From Acidobacteriota bacterium (GTDB taxonomy: Bacteria > Acidobacteriota > Vicinamibacteria > Vicinamibacterales > CAVVIG01), in assembly GCA_040007095.1 (NCBI GenBank), contig JBDTVS010000051.1:15739-79738 (forward strand): 64,000 nucleotides of DNA, read 5' to 3'. The position numbers were made by a program, and so were the translations under genes. Below, piece after piece: positions 38,702 through 48,594 of the stretch. The notes below the pieces were generated by a model. That model saw nothing but the letters and a program-made list of their open reading frames with translations. It did no database searches and was not told the DNA's origin. Positions within the stretch are counted from its first letter, which is position 1. The number at the start of each line of letters is the position of its first letter.

Positions 38702-39284
38702 GTCGATCGGAGGCCTCGGTGCCCGGCATCGGCCGATACCACTCGATCAGGCCGAGAAACGCCGCCTCGGCCCGCTGGCGCAGGCGACGATGAGACGAGC
38801 CGGCGTAGGTGTCGTCGTTGCAGAAACGAGTGATGTCGATTGACGAGATCGCTCCGAGCAGCCGCTCGACCTCGTTGAACAAGTCGTCGTACGGTCCGGT
38901 GTCGAGATAAAACAGGATCCCGAACGGCACGGCGCGTAAGCGATCGAGCACCGCAACAGGAACGTCTTCGAGCCGGTATCGTCCAGCCGTCGGGTAGGCG
39001 TGAAACGTCAAGGCGCAAGGGGCGGCCTGGCGCAGGGCTTCCTCGTCGCGCGCATGGCTCATGACGTGGAGCGCCGGCGCGGGACAGCGCAAGACGATCT
39101 CCTCGAGCAGGGCCTGCAGCCGTCCCATGTTGGCCGAACGCAACACGAAAATCGGGCGGTCCCACGACAACGTCGCCGGGTCGACCGCTTTGTGCATGTC
39201 CTGGAGCAACAGGTCGAGCACCGCGCGCAGGCTGATTGCCGGTTCGGTGTCGGTCCTCGAAGTACGAGTGGCTTCCTCCGGCAT
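38676..39284 (-). CDS. Hypothetical protein resembling the N-terminal half of a GT9/GT-B fold; paralog of 43394-44020
   Basis: Shares 'WDRPIFVLRSA.M.R...L.EI....AP.LH.MSHARDE.A.R' with the second copy. Confidence 0.7.
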   Translation of the reverse strand: MPEEATRTSRTDTEPAISLRAVLDLLLQDMHKAVDPATLSWDRPIFVLRSANMGRLQALLEEIVLRCPAPALHVMSHARDEEALRQAAPCALTFHAYPTAGRYRLEDVPVAVLDRLRAVPFGILFYLDTGPYDDLFNEVERLLGAISSIDITRFCNDDTYAGSSHRRLRQRAEAAFLGLIEWYRPMPGTEASDRPMRQGPRL

Positions 39285-39455
39285 CTTCGTCAGGCGGCCA
39301 CTCGTAGAAGCGGGTTCGGCGGGATAGTTCGCGGAATGACTGCTGCCGCGTCGACTGGTCGGGCCGATCCGGGCTTTCCTTCGGGGGAGGCTCGCATGTC
39401 CGGCAGGATACTACATCGTTGGTCGACGATTGGTAGTGTCTCAGCTTCAACGATC

Positions 39456-39530
39456 AACCACCGAGGTCACCGAGATCACCGAGACAAGGCCCAAGGTTTC
39501 GGCTCAGCGCACTCGGTGTGCTCGGTGGTG
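39456..39530. repeat. 9-mer REP-like palindrome
   Basis: AACCACCGAGGTCACCGAGATCACCGAG ... CTCGGTGTGCTCGGTGGT. Confidence 0.75.
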
Positions 39531-39608
39531 ATAGGCAATTGAGACAGTACGCGACGACGCTCCCGGATCGCGAGCGCCCGATTTGCGTATAACATCGGAC
39601 CGCCCACC

Positions 39609-41861
39609 GTGTCGAACCCTGCCGATCAGCCGCTGGTGTCAATCCTCTCCTTCTGCAAGAATTGCGCACCCACGATCCGCCGCAGCATCGACAGCGTCCT
39701 CGGTCAGTCTTACCGCCACCTCGAGTTCGTGGTGCAGGACGGCGCCTCCACCGATGGAACGCTCGAGATCCTGCAAGGCTACCGGGACGATCGGATCAAG
39801 ATCGTGTCTGAGCGAGACTCGGGTCCCAACGAAGCATTCTGGAAGGTCTTGAACCGGTGCCAGGGCGAGATCATCGGCACGTGCCTTGCGGACGAGGAAC
39901 TTCTCCCCGACGCCGTGAAGACCGCTGTCGAAATACTTCGAGCACACCCGGGCCTCGGCGCCGCGACGTGCGACGGCTACATCACCGATGCGGCCGGTGA
40001 CGTGGCGGGCACATTCGTCGCCGGCGAGTTCGATCTGGTCGACGGCCTGTTCGGGCGTTACTGCCCGTTCTGGCCCGGTTCGTTCTTTCGCCGTCAGGCG
40101 CTCGTCGACGTCGGCCTCGCGTATCACGAATGGTCGATCGACGCGCTCGAGTTCGAGGTGTGGTGTCGCCTCGGCACAGAGCACCACGTGAAGTACTTCC
40201 CGGTGTTGCTGTCGAAATACGCCGTGCACGCCGAGCAGTTGAGCAATACGCCGAAGATCTTCGACGTCAACATGAACAGTCGGATCGGGATCATCGAACG
40301 GCTGTTCTCGGAGAGCGGATTCGCGGGCGACCATCCTGCGACCAAGAGTGCGTGTATCTACAACCAGTACTATCTCTATTACAACCACGCGCGGGCGTAC
40401 AAGATCTTCGACCACATGGAGATGTTGTACGACCGGATGATGGTGTTGCTGAAGGATCTGGATCCGGCTGAATGGGAGAAACAGCGCCAGGCCCCCCGCC
40501 ACGAGGCGATCCACTCAATCGTCGCGCCGCCCATCCCCAAGGCGGTCTACGACGATTTCGCGACGCTGTACTATCGGCGCGGACAGATCCGGCAGGCGTT
40601 GGAGATGTGCGAGCGCGCCGACGATTCGTCGAGCGACCTGCTGGCGTGCCGAGCGGTGCTCCGACTCCCCGCGGCGACCGCCAACGATCCGCTGGCGATG
40701 CAGCAGCGCTGGGCCGCAAAGCACGTCATGGCACCGGCGATCGCGAGCGCGAACCTGCCACGACGCGCTGATCAGGGTGACCGGATGATCCGCATCGGCT
40801 ATCACTGCGCGTTCATGGACAGCGACACGATTCGCTTTCAGATGAGCGCCGTCATCAAACGGCACGACCGACACGAGTTCACCGTCATCGGCTATTCGCC
40901 GACTGAAGTTGCCGTCGATATCCGGGACGCATTCGACCTCGTCAAGGTGACGGGCGGACTCTCGGACGACCAGTTTGCGGCACTGGTCCGAGCCGACGGG
41001 ATCGATATCTTCGTGGAGATGACCGGCTTTTCGCCGCTCCATCGATTCGGCGCCATGGCGCTGCGCTGCGCCCCGATCCAGATCACATATATCAATCACC
41101 TGGGAACGAGCGGCGTGCCGAACGTCGACTACATTCTGGCCGACGAAGTGTCGCTGCCCGTGGACGAAGAGCGTTCTTATACCGAGAAGGTCTGGCGCCT
41201 GCCCGGTTGCTTCTTTTGCTTCAACTACGACATGGTGGAGCTGCCGCCGGTGGCCCCGCCGCCATCCCGCACCAACGGCTTCGTGACCTTCGGGTGCTTC
41301 GGCAGCGGCGGAAAAATCAATGACGACCTGATCGCGATCTGGGCGCGTGTGCTCGCCCGGGTGCCAGACTCGCGCCTCTACCTGCGCAATCAGGAGCTCA
41401 CGCCTCGGGACAACCGGCAGTTCATGATCGACAGGTTTCGCCGACATGGCATCGCGGCGGAGCGTGTCCGGGTGGCAGCCGGAGCGACGCGCCTCGAGAT
41501 CCTGCGTTCGTACGACGAAGTCGACATCAGCCTGGACACCTGGCCGTATTGCGGCGGCAACACCATTGCGGAGTCGATCTGGCAAGGTGTGCCGGTCGTG
41601 ACCCTGAAGGGCACGCGATTCGTCAGCCGCTACGGTGCCTCGTTGTTGCTCGCCGCCGGGTGTCCAGAGCTCGTCGGCGTGACGAAGGAGGCGTACATCG
41701 ACGTCGCCGCCGGGCTCGCAAGAGCACCGGAGCGGCTGGCTCACTACCGACAGCATCTGCGATCGATGGCGCGGGAGTTCGGGTTCAGCGATGCCGAGCG
41801 ATTCGCGCGGAAGCTCGACGAAGCGTATCGGTCGATGATGCGAACCGCTCACAGCCCGTAA
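39609..41861 (+). CDS. GT2 + TPR + GT41 (SPINDLY/OGT-like) fusion glycosyltransferase
   Basis: GT2 'VQDGASTDGT'. GT41 'RIGY', 'DIFVEMTG', 'CAPIQITY', 'TSGVPNVDY', 'FGCF....KIN' and 'DISLDTWPYCGGNTIAESIWQGVPVVTL'. Confidence 0.88.
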   Translation: MSNPADQPLVSILSFCKNCAPTIRRSIDSVLGQSYRHLEFVVQDGASTDGTLEILQGYRDDRIKIVSERDSGPNEAFWKVLNRCQGEIIGTCLADEELLPDAVKTAVEILRAHPGLGAATCDGYITDAAGDVAGTFVAGEFDLVDGLFGRYCPFWPGSFFRRQALVDVGLAYHEWSIDALEFEVWCRLGTEHHVKYFPVLLSKYAVHAEQLSNTPKIFDVNMNSRIGIIERLFSESGFAGDHPATKSACIYNQYYLYYNHARAYKIFDHMEMLYDRMMVLLKDLDPAEWEKQRQAPRHEAIHSIVAPPIPKAVYDDFATLYYRRGQIRQALEMCERADDSSSDLLACRAVLRLPAATANDPLAMQQRWAAKHVMAPAIASANLPRRADQGDRMIRIGYHCAFMDSDTIRFQMSAVIKRHDRHEFTVIGYSPTEVAVDIRDAFDLVKVTGGLSDDQFAALVRADGIDIFVEMTGFSPLHRFGAMALRCAPIQITYINHLGTSGVPNVDYILADEVSLPVDEERSYTEKVWRLPGCFFCFNYDMVELPPVAPPPSRTNGFVTFGCFGSGGKINDDLIAIWARVLARVPDSRLYLRNQELTPRDNRQFMIDRFRRHGIAAERVRVAAGATRLEILRSYDEVDISLDTWPYCGGNTIAESIWQGVPVVTLKGTRFVSRYGASLLLAAGCPELVGVTKEAYIDVAAGLARAPERLAHYRQHLRSMAREFGFSDAERFARKLDEAYRSMMRTAHSP

Positions 41862-41964
41862 GCGTGGCACTCCCGCGCTTTTCACGTCGGTGTCGTACGA
41901 CCGCGGCCCCTGTGAGCGGCGCGTCTCGCCCGTCTAGAGCAATTTGGAAAGCGAAACCCTCTGC

Positions 41965-41994
41965 CTTTGTGCTCTTGGTGTTTTTTGTGGTTCC
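41965..41994. repeat. 9-mer REP-like half-site
   Basis: CTTTGTGCTCTTGGTGTTTTTTGTGGTTCC, nearly identical to 30877-30904. Confidence 0.6.
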
Positions 41995-42116
41995 AAAGAG
42001 TCGCGCCCTGCTTGAGACCAGCATCACCACACACTGGTCAAGACTGGAGTGGTGATGCTGCGCAACCAGGTCGACAGTGGCCACGACCGCAACATCACAC
42101 TTACAGCCTCCTGAGT

Positions 42117-43397
42117 TCAGGGCTCCCGCGGGGTGTGATAGCTCGCCCATTCCTGCTGGAGCACGAGCAGGCTCTCGTTGGTTGATCCCGGCGACTTGAG
42201 AGCGGCGGCGAGATACAGCGAGTGGCGACGGGCGTCCCGGCGGAGATCGCTCGCCCGCCACGACTCCAAGGCCTCGTCGATCTGACCGCGGCGCTCCAGC
42301 AGCACGCCTCGTTCCCAGTGCACATCGAGCAGCTCTGGCGCCAGCCGAATGGCCGCCTCGTACATGTCGAACGCGAGATCGATGCGACCGTCGGCCGCAT
42401 ATGCCTGAGCAATCTCGCACGCTAGCGATGCTTCAGACGGCATCAGGCGCCACGCGACCTCGAGGATGTCGAGGGCCGTGCGCTCATCCCCGTCCATCCG
42501 CCGCCCGCGCGCGATCCGGATGTAGCCGTCGACCGCGAGCGCGGCCAGCCTCGGCTCGGGCAGGCGGCTGGACTCGTCGGCCACGGTCAGGCAGAAGGCA
42601 ACCGCCTCCCTGCGAGCGCCGAGATGCTTCAGATCGTCGGCAAAGCTCAGGACCGTTCCGATGCGACACGCCTGCAGCAGATCGCTTCGCCCTTCGAACA
42701 GTCCGGTCTCGGCGGCGAGATCGGCTATCGCGCGCAGTCGCCCCTGAACCAGGCGCGACACATTGGCCGGGATCCGGCTCAGTTGTCGGTCGTGCTGACC
42801 ATATTTCGAGGCGACGCCCGGCAAGTACGAGATCGCGCCGACCAGCGCGAGCCTGCACCAGAGCTCGAATTCACCGCAGTCCAGGTTCCAATCGCGAGTC
42901 TGGAGTCCGGCCAGTTCGAGCGACGTTCGACGAAACGTGGCAGCCGAGAAGTGCGGGCAGAACCGGTTGGCCATGTACGCGAGGAGATGGAAGGGCCGGC
43001 CCTTCACGGTGTCCACTACGCGGCCGTCGATATCGGTCAGATACGTGTCTCGGGTCACCGCGGCCACGTTCCGATCGGACTCGAGGGCCGCGACCGCCTC
43101 CGCAACAGCGTCGGGCAACAGTTCTTCGTCCGACAGGCAGGCGCACACGTAATCGCCGCCGCAGCGGCGCAGCGTCTGCCAGAACGCCGCCGCCGGGCCG
43201 CTATCGGGTTCCGATCGAAGGCTGATGCGCGGGTCGTCGTACTCCCGGAGCACTTCGAGCGTCCCATCCGTCGACGCCCCGTCCTGAATGATGTATTCGA
43301 TGTCCTGGTACGTCTGGGCGAGCACGCTTTCCACGCTGCGCCGTATCGTGCGCGCGCGGTTTTTGCAAAAGAGAAACACCGTGACTCGTGGCGTCAT
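42117..43397 (-). CDS. GT2 + TPR protein; paralog of the N-terminal part of 39609, ending where GT41 would begin
   Basis: 'FCKN.A.TIRRS', 'QDGASTDGT' and 'CLSDEELLPDAV'; TPR helices; ends 'LQQEWASYH'. Confidence 0.85.
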   Translation of the reverse strand: MTPRVTVFLFCKNRARTIRRSVESVLAQTYQDIEYIIQDGASTDGTLEVLREYDDPRISLRSEPDSGPAAAFWQTLRRCGGDYVCACLSDEELLPDAVAEAVAALESDRNVAAVTRDTYLTDIDGRVVDTVKGRPFHLLAYMANRFCPHFSAATFRRTSLELAGLQTRDWNLDCGEFELWCRLALVGAISYLPGVASKYGQHDRQLSRIPANVSRLVQGRLRAIADLAAETGLFEGRSDLLQACRIGTVLSFADDLKHLGARREAVAFCLTVADESSRLPEPRLAALAVDGYIRIARGRRMDGDERTALDILEVAWRLMPSEASLACEIAQAYAADGRIDLAFDMYEAAIRLAPELLDVHWERGVLLERRGQIDEALESWRASDLRRDARRHSLYLAAALKSPGSTNESLLVLQQEWASYHTPREP

Positions 43398-44020
43398 GCG
43401 CCTCCCGCAGATCGCGCCTCATCGGACAGCACAGGACCGTCGGGGAACCCCGGGTCCAGCTTGAGCTGATACCACTCCATCAGTCGAAGGAAGGCCGACT
43501 CCGCCCGTCGGCGCTGGCGCCAGTCCGACAACGCCGCATACGTGCCGTCCGCGAGGAAGCTGACCATCCCGTGCTCGCCAATCGCCGCGAGCAGTTTTTC
43601 GGCGTCGCCGAGCCTCTCCCCCGACGTGCCCGCATCGAGGAGAAATAGGGTTCCGAAACCGACGGACTGCAGACGGTCGACCGTCGCAGCCGGAACATTT
43701 TCCAGACGGTAGGGTCCGGAGACAGGGTATGCGTAAAACGTGACGTCGCAGTGGGCGATGGCGCGGATGGCACTCTCGTCGCGCGCGTGGCTCATGATGT
43801 GGAGCTTCGGCGCGGATGCATGCACCAGGATCTCGCCGAGAAAGGCCCGCATGCGTTCCATCGAGGCGGAACGCAGCACGAAGATCGGACGGTCCCAGAG
43901 CAATCGGTCCACGTGCACCGCTTCCAGGGACATGTCCCGCAGAAGCGTATCGAGCACTATTCCGATCGACTTCCCTGCCTGGCTGGCGGGACCTGGAGCC
44001 GGAGCACTTTCCGCTGGCAT
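43394..44020 (-). CDS. Hypothetical protein (GT9 N-half-like); paralog of 38676-39284
   Basis: Alignable by eye over the full length with 38676-39284; its stop overlaps the start of the GT2-TPR gene. Confidence 0.7.
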   Translation of the reverse strand: MPAESAPAPGPASQAGKSIGIVLDTLLRDMSLEAVHVDRLLWDRPIFVLRSASMERMRAFLGEILVHASAPKLHIMSHARDESAIRAIAHCDVTFYAYPVSGPYRLENVPAATVDRLQSVGFGTLFLLDAGTSGERLGDAEKLLAAIGEHGMVSFLADGTYAALSDWRQRRRAESAFLRLMEWYQLKLDPGFPDGPVLSDEARSAGGA

Positions 44021-44087
44021 GCGTCCTCGAATGATCAGGCGAAGATGTCTGGTTGAGTCGTCATGAGTTATCCGCATGCTCTCGAAA

Positions 44088-45653
44088 TCACAGCGGACGT
44101 GTGAACGCGACAAGACCACTTCGACCGAGAAGCTGAGTGACGCAACCCGGCGCCAGTTCCCTCACGCGCTCCAGCGCAGCTGCAGGGTCCCCCTCGACTG
44201 GACACAATGCCACACCGCCTGGCGCAAGATAATCCACCAGCGCCCGCACCCTGTCGAGGGGCGTGTCCAGACCGATCCAGGCCAACTCGATCAAAGGCTC
44301 GCCGACACCCGACCGGCTAATTCGCTCGAGGGCCGTTGCCGGCGATCCCTGGACAATCCGCGCCCATCCTCTGAAGTGGCAGCGCACTTCCAGGAACCTC
44401 GCGAGCTCGCCGGGATGGACGAGCAGCCGATCGCTGACGCCTTCCGGCCACGGGTTGACGAGGAACAACTCGGCGGCCGGACACGCCTTGAGGACGGTCA
44501 ACAACACGCCGGGGCTCGGAGAACCAAACGAGTAGAAGCTCCGCGGAAGGTCTCGAAGCACGATGCTGGCGACCGTCGCCAGCTGCTCGAACGCGGTTCG
44601 AGGCGACTCGCCTTCCGCCCCGATCCTGCTGACGAAATCAGCGGCCTCAGCGCCAGGCTCCCAGCCCTCTCCGAGGGGCTGCGCGGTCCGTCCGGATAGA
44701 GGCACGCCGCATCCAAAGCCTGGCGCTGAAGAGGCCTCCGATACGCACTCGGCAGTCGGAATCATCTGCTCGCCGAGACCCCAGTCGGGCCCGTTGGTCG
44801 CCGCCACGTTTCGGATCACCATCGGGTTCACGGTCGACGCGTCACGCGCACGTCGTCCATCGGCGTCGGGCCAGTGCTCCATGTGCAGTCCGAAGAGGCC
44901 GTCACTGCTGACGTCGAGCCACGGGTGCTGTTGCGACACGCGAAGCATCAGATCGTTGTCGTGCCAGCCCCATGGTCGATCCAGAGACTCATCGTAGCCC
45001 CTCACTTCGAACCACCGGTCGCGGTGCATCAGCTGGCCGCCTGAGAATCCCCCGAGGCAGCTGATGCCCAGGCGCTCAGGAGACAGCCCCGCAGCAAGCA
45101 AGGCTGCCAGCCGTCTCCATTCGCCGAGGTGTGGTCTGCGCTGGACGGTCGCCCACGGCACCTGGTACCGCCGCACGTAGCAAAACAGATCCGCGATCGG
45201 CACGGGGAGGGTGATCTCGCCGCGAAGGAGGCGGCCGAGCGCGGCCAACGCGGACTCCGACCACAGACAGTCCGAGTCGGTGAAGAAGATGAACTCGCCT
45301 CGGGCCCGGCGGACGCCCACATTCACCGCGCAGCTCGGGAGCCATCGAACCTGGCCATCTCGCGATCCAGCGACTTCCGGCGCAACCTGATAAAACGTGG
45401 TCATACGCCGCGCCGCGGGTCCGAACGGCACGTGGTTCGCCAGTGCCTGCGCGCTGGCCCAGTCGACGATCAGGACCTCGACCGCGTCAGACACGCCGGC
45501 GCGCTCGGCGCTGTCCGCCAGGAACGATACGGAGGTGCCAAGGCGGTAGAGATAGTCGCCCATGTAGTCATCGTTACGGCCGATGATGACGAACGAGACC
45601 AGCGGCCGACGCGACGCGGTGGGGTCAACCATCCACTGAGGGCCGTTCGTCAC
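44088..45653 (-). CDS. GT2-family glycosyltransferase with an unknown (methyltransferase-like) C-terminal domain
   Basis: 'VSFVIIGRNDDY', 'VLIVDW', 'NVGVRRARGEFIFFTDSD' and 'GYDE....WGWHDNDL'. Confidence 0.75.
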   Translation of the reverse strand: MTNGPQWMVDPTASRRPLVSFVIIGRNDDYMGDYLYRLGTSVSFLADSAERAGVSDAVEVLIVDWASAQALANHVPFGPAARRMTTFYQVAPEVAGSRDGQVRWLPSCAVNVGVRRARGEFIFFTDSDCLWSESALAALGRLLRGEITLPVPIADLFCYVRRYQVPWATVQRRPHLGEWRRLAALLAAGLSPERLGISCLGGFSGGQLMHRDRWFEVRGYDESLDRPWGWHDNDLMLRVSQQHPWLDVSSDGLFGLHMEHWPDADGRRARDASTVNPMVIRNVAATNGPDWGLGEQMIPTAECVSEASSAPGFGCGVPLSGRTAQPLGEGWEPGAEAADFVSRIGAEGESPRTAFEQLATVASIVLRDLPRSFYSFGSPSPGVLLTVLKACPAAELFLVNPWPEGVSDRLLVHPGELARFLEVRCHFRGWARIVQGSPATALERISRSGVGEPLIELAWIGLDTPLDRVRALVDYLAPGGVALCPVEGDPAAALERVRELAPGCVTQLLGRSGLVAFTRPL

Positions 45654-46082
45654 ACCGGTTCCTCGTCAGGCGATCGTGGGGCGGGACCTGGGGCAAATTG
45701 CGCGTACCAGCCTCGTGTGGTGTAGGGCACATCGACAACATCGTTCTTCAACTCGGCCGCAATCGCGTCCAGGATTCCGCTCAGCGTCGGTCCTGCCTGG
45801 CGAGCCAGGGTGGCATGCGATCGCCAGGCGTCCATGACCGCCTGTTTCGTCATGCTCGTCGAAAAAGTTGCGGAGAACGGCCGAAGCTCCTCAAACAAAC
45901 AACTGGCGCCCAGCACCGGCGTGGGGTCTTCACGACGTGTCCCGTACCCGTAGGCCGGTATGGCTGAGCGAATGATGGCTTCGATCCGCGCCTGCAACGG
46001 GTCATCCGGGTCACGGGGGTTCCAGAGACAGCAGAACCAATCTCTCGGTGCCACGACCCGCCGGCATTCCTTCAGTGTCGGC
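45650..46082 (-). pseudogene. C-terminal half of a class I SAM methyltransferase
   Basis: Begins at 'LKECRRVVAP..W...LWNPRD', a late motif; the SAM-binding N-terminus is missing. Confidence 0.6.
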
Positions 46083-46235
46083 TCACCGAACACCCACGCG
46101 CATGACGTCGCCATCCAGCAGCAGCACCGGGTAGCCGCGCGCCGACAGGCCGTCGCGCACCAGGCGGCTCACCGTGGACTTGCCAGCACCGGACAGACCG
46201 GTGATCCACCATACCGTCCCGTCGCCTCTCGCCAC
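46083..46235 (-). pseudogene. cysC: Adenylylsulfate kinase N-terminal fragment
   Basis: AGGAG RBS and GTG start; '[14 protein letters not shown]...LLDGDVMR', then a stop after about 50 aa. Confidence 0.75.
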
Positions 46236-46347
46236 TTTTCTCCTGTCGTCACCCCACCGACCGACGTGCGCGCCGCCCGCACTATACGTCAGAGTCGAAT
46301 TGCGCGCCCAACTCTCGATGAATTGCCGTCGTGTGTCAGGTCGTGTG

Positions 46348-46438
46348 TCAGGTTGACGTTTACCACCGAGCACACCGAGCACACCGAGGTAGAACATTAG
46401 GATTCTTCTCGGTGACCTCGGTGGCCTCGGTGGTTGAC
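46348..46438. repeat. 9-mer REP-like palindrome
   Basis: TTGACGTTTACCACCGAGCACACCGAGCACACCGAG ... CTCGGTGACCTCGGTGGCCTCGGTGGTTGAC; near-identical copy at 50431. Confidence 0.8.
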
Positions 46439-46836
46439 CTTGACCACACGGTATGATTTTCCGTGATGAACGGGCTGCACCTGCTTCCCGACAACCAGGA
46501 CATCTCCGATGTCGTGGACGGCAACGCGTGCCTGCTTCTGGATCAGGTGAGGACGCTCCATCTCGGGTCGCGTCGCTACATTCCGAACCACACGATATAT
46601 CCTGACCGGCGCATTGCCGAACACCGGGTCGCCGAGCGCCCGAATGCCTTCATCCGTCGGCCAGCCAACACCGGGCTCGATGCCTGATCCGGCATGAAAT
46701 CAACCACCGAGTCACCGGGCACACTCAGCCACACAAGGCTCGTGATCTCGGTCGCTCTCGGGTTCTCTCACTCGACGCGAGTGAAACTGACCACGCCCCG
46801 CGCTCTGACACACGGCGCCGCACACGCGCTCCCATC

Positions 46837-48324
46837 ATGAACGCCAAGAACCGGCTGACGGCATGCGACGTCGTGATCCCGGCGCGCAACGCCGAGCCAT
46901 TCATCGCTTCCGCCATCCAGAGCGTCGTCGAGCAAAGCCTTCCAGCGTCTCGGATCATCATCGTCAACGACCGATCTACCGACGGCACGGCCGCCGCGGC
47001 CGCTGCATTCGGCAATCGTGTTGGCATTGTCGACGGCCACGGCGTGAGCGCCGGCGCCGCCAGGAATCTGGGCGTCCGCCACTCGGACAGCGAGCTGGTG
47101 GCGTTTCTCGACGCCGACGATGTCTGTCATCCCGGACGACTCGCTGCTCAAGTGCACGCGCTGCTCGAAAGCCCTGATGCCGGCATGGTGTTCTGCGACG
47201 GGGAATACGCCAATGCTTCCGGCCAACCGTCGGGAGTCGTCTTCAGCTGTCCGGAGTTCAATCGCGACGCCTTTCTTGGACAACTGTTCGAACGCAACCG
47301 TATCCTCAGCGCCTCGGTTTCCATGGTGCGCCGCTCGGCGTTCGATGTCGTGGGGGGGTTCGACGAACGGCTCACGCATGCCGAGGACTACGACCTGTGG
47401 ATTCGGATGGCCGCGTCCTCCCCTATCGAGCACGTCGCCCAGGCGTTGGTGAGGTACCGCGTGCATGCCCGCAACCTCAGCAACGACCGGGAAGCGTTGC
47501 GTCGTCGTGAAGTCGAGATTCTGGGCAAACACGCGATTCGAGACATCCGATCGGCCCTGCTCCACGCGCACGACAACCCCTCCAGGGTCGAGCTGGAGCT
47601 GTCACGTGTACTCTTTCGGATGGACCGCTATGTCGAGGGCGAAGCGCTCCTTCGCGGCATCCAGCCCGACGTACCGCATCAGGCACTGCGGCATTTCATG
47701 CTCGGCAACTTCGCCGTCAAGCGCGGCGATTTCGACACGGCTGCCCGGGAGTTCTCGCGGTGCCTCGACTGCGACACCACGTTCGCGCCGTCTCACAATA
47801 ATCTCGGCGTGATCGCGGCGCTGGAGAGCCGATACCAGGAGTCTCACGACCACTTCCTCAAAGCAGCCGACCTTCGACCGGAGTACTCCGATCCACGGCA
47901 CAATCTGGACGCGCTGCAACCGAGACGACTCGCGCAACTACAATACACGTTCGCGCCGCTTCGGCCGGTGCTGAGGCCCGATCGAAAAGATGGATCACGA
48001 CATTTGAGCCGAACGCTGGAACAAGTACGGGCGTCGGTTGGGCGCGGCGAGGGTGTGTCATTCCACGGCTATGAGGAACTCGAAGCGGACGGTATACATG
48101 TGCACGACATCATCGGTGGACTGAGCACTGCCGAGGTGGTCGAGGACTACCCAGCCTACCCGAAAGGGCCATGCGTCCTGGTTCTGCAGCACGATGGCAC
48201 CAATCAGCCGATTCACGTAGTCTGGGGTATCCCGGCGGGTCAGGAGTCGCCAGCGGTCGTAGTCACCGCTTACAGACCCGATCCTGCAAAATGGGATGAC
48301 GCATGGCGAAGGAGACGGACATGA
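46837..48324 (+). CDS. GT2 + TPR glycosyltransferase reading in-frame into a DUF4258-like domain
   Basis: GT2 'VVIPARN', 'NDRSTDGT', 'AFLDADD' and 'AEDYDLW'; TPR 'HNNLG'; no stop before the DUF4258-like region. Confidence 0.8.
   Translation: MNAKNRLTACDVVIPARNAEPFIASAIQSVVEQSLPASRIIIVNDRSTDGTAAAAAAFGNRVGIVDGHGVSAGAARNLGVRHSDSELVAFLDADDVCHPGRLAAQVHALLESPDAGMVFCDGEYANASGQPSGVVFSCPEFNRDAFLGQLFERNRILSASVSMVRRSAFDVVGGFDERLTHAEDYDLWIRMAASSPIEHVAQALVRYRVHARNLSNDREALRRREVEILGKHAIRDIRSALLHAHDNPSRVELELSRVLFRMDRYVEGEALLRGIQPDVPHQALRHFMLGNFAVKRGDFDTAAREFSRCLDCDTTFAPSHNNLGVIAALESRYQESHDHFLKAADLRPEYSDPRHNLDALQPRRLAQLQYTFAPLRPVLRPDRKDGSRHLSRTLEQVRASVGRGEGVSFHGYEELEADGIHVHDIIGGLSTAEVVEDYPAYPKGPCVLVLQHDGTNQPIHVVWGIPAGQESPAVVVTAYRPDPAKWDDAWRRRRT
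48004..48324 (+). CDS. DUF4258-family putative toxin module (possible internal TTG start)
   Basis: '[10 protein letters not shown]...DI......[17 protein letters not shown]......PIHVVWG......[13 protein letters not shown]'. Confidence 0.7.
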   Translation: MSRTLEQVRASVGRGEGVSFHGYEELEADGIHVHDIIGGLSTAEVVEDYPAYPKGPCVLVLQHDGTNQPIHVVWGIPAGQESPAVVVTAYRPDPAKWDDAWRRRRT

Positions 48325-48539
48325 ACGGCAGGTCGATCAAGAAGCTCGTGCGCGAAGGAGACTTTGTCGCCGAGGTTGACATCAACCTTCTCGATGCGGA
48401 CGCAGGCTGGGCACCTTACGTGTCTATCGACGACGCGTACAAGCTCGATGACGTACGGGACGCGCTGAGGCTGGGAGACGTGAAGCGGGCCTCTCTCCTC
48501 GCCAACCGCGTGTACCGCCTCACCCCGGTAGAAGCCTGA
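48321..48539 (+). CDS. Small partner protein of DUF4258 (putative antitoxin)
   Basis: AGGAG RBS; ATGA overlap; 72 aa, '[14 protein letters not shown]...[20 protein letters not shown]'. Confidence 0.65.
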   Translation: MNGRSIKKLVREGDFVAEVDINLLDADAGWAPYVSIDDAYKLDDVRDALRLGDVKRASLLANRVYRLTPVEA

Positions 48540-48594
48540 GCAGCCACGGTACCCGCTCGATATCGCGATTTCCCGATCGTCCTCCGGACATTGA

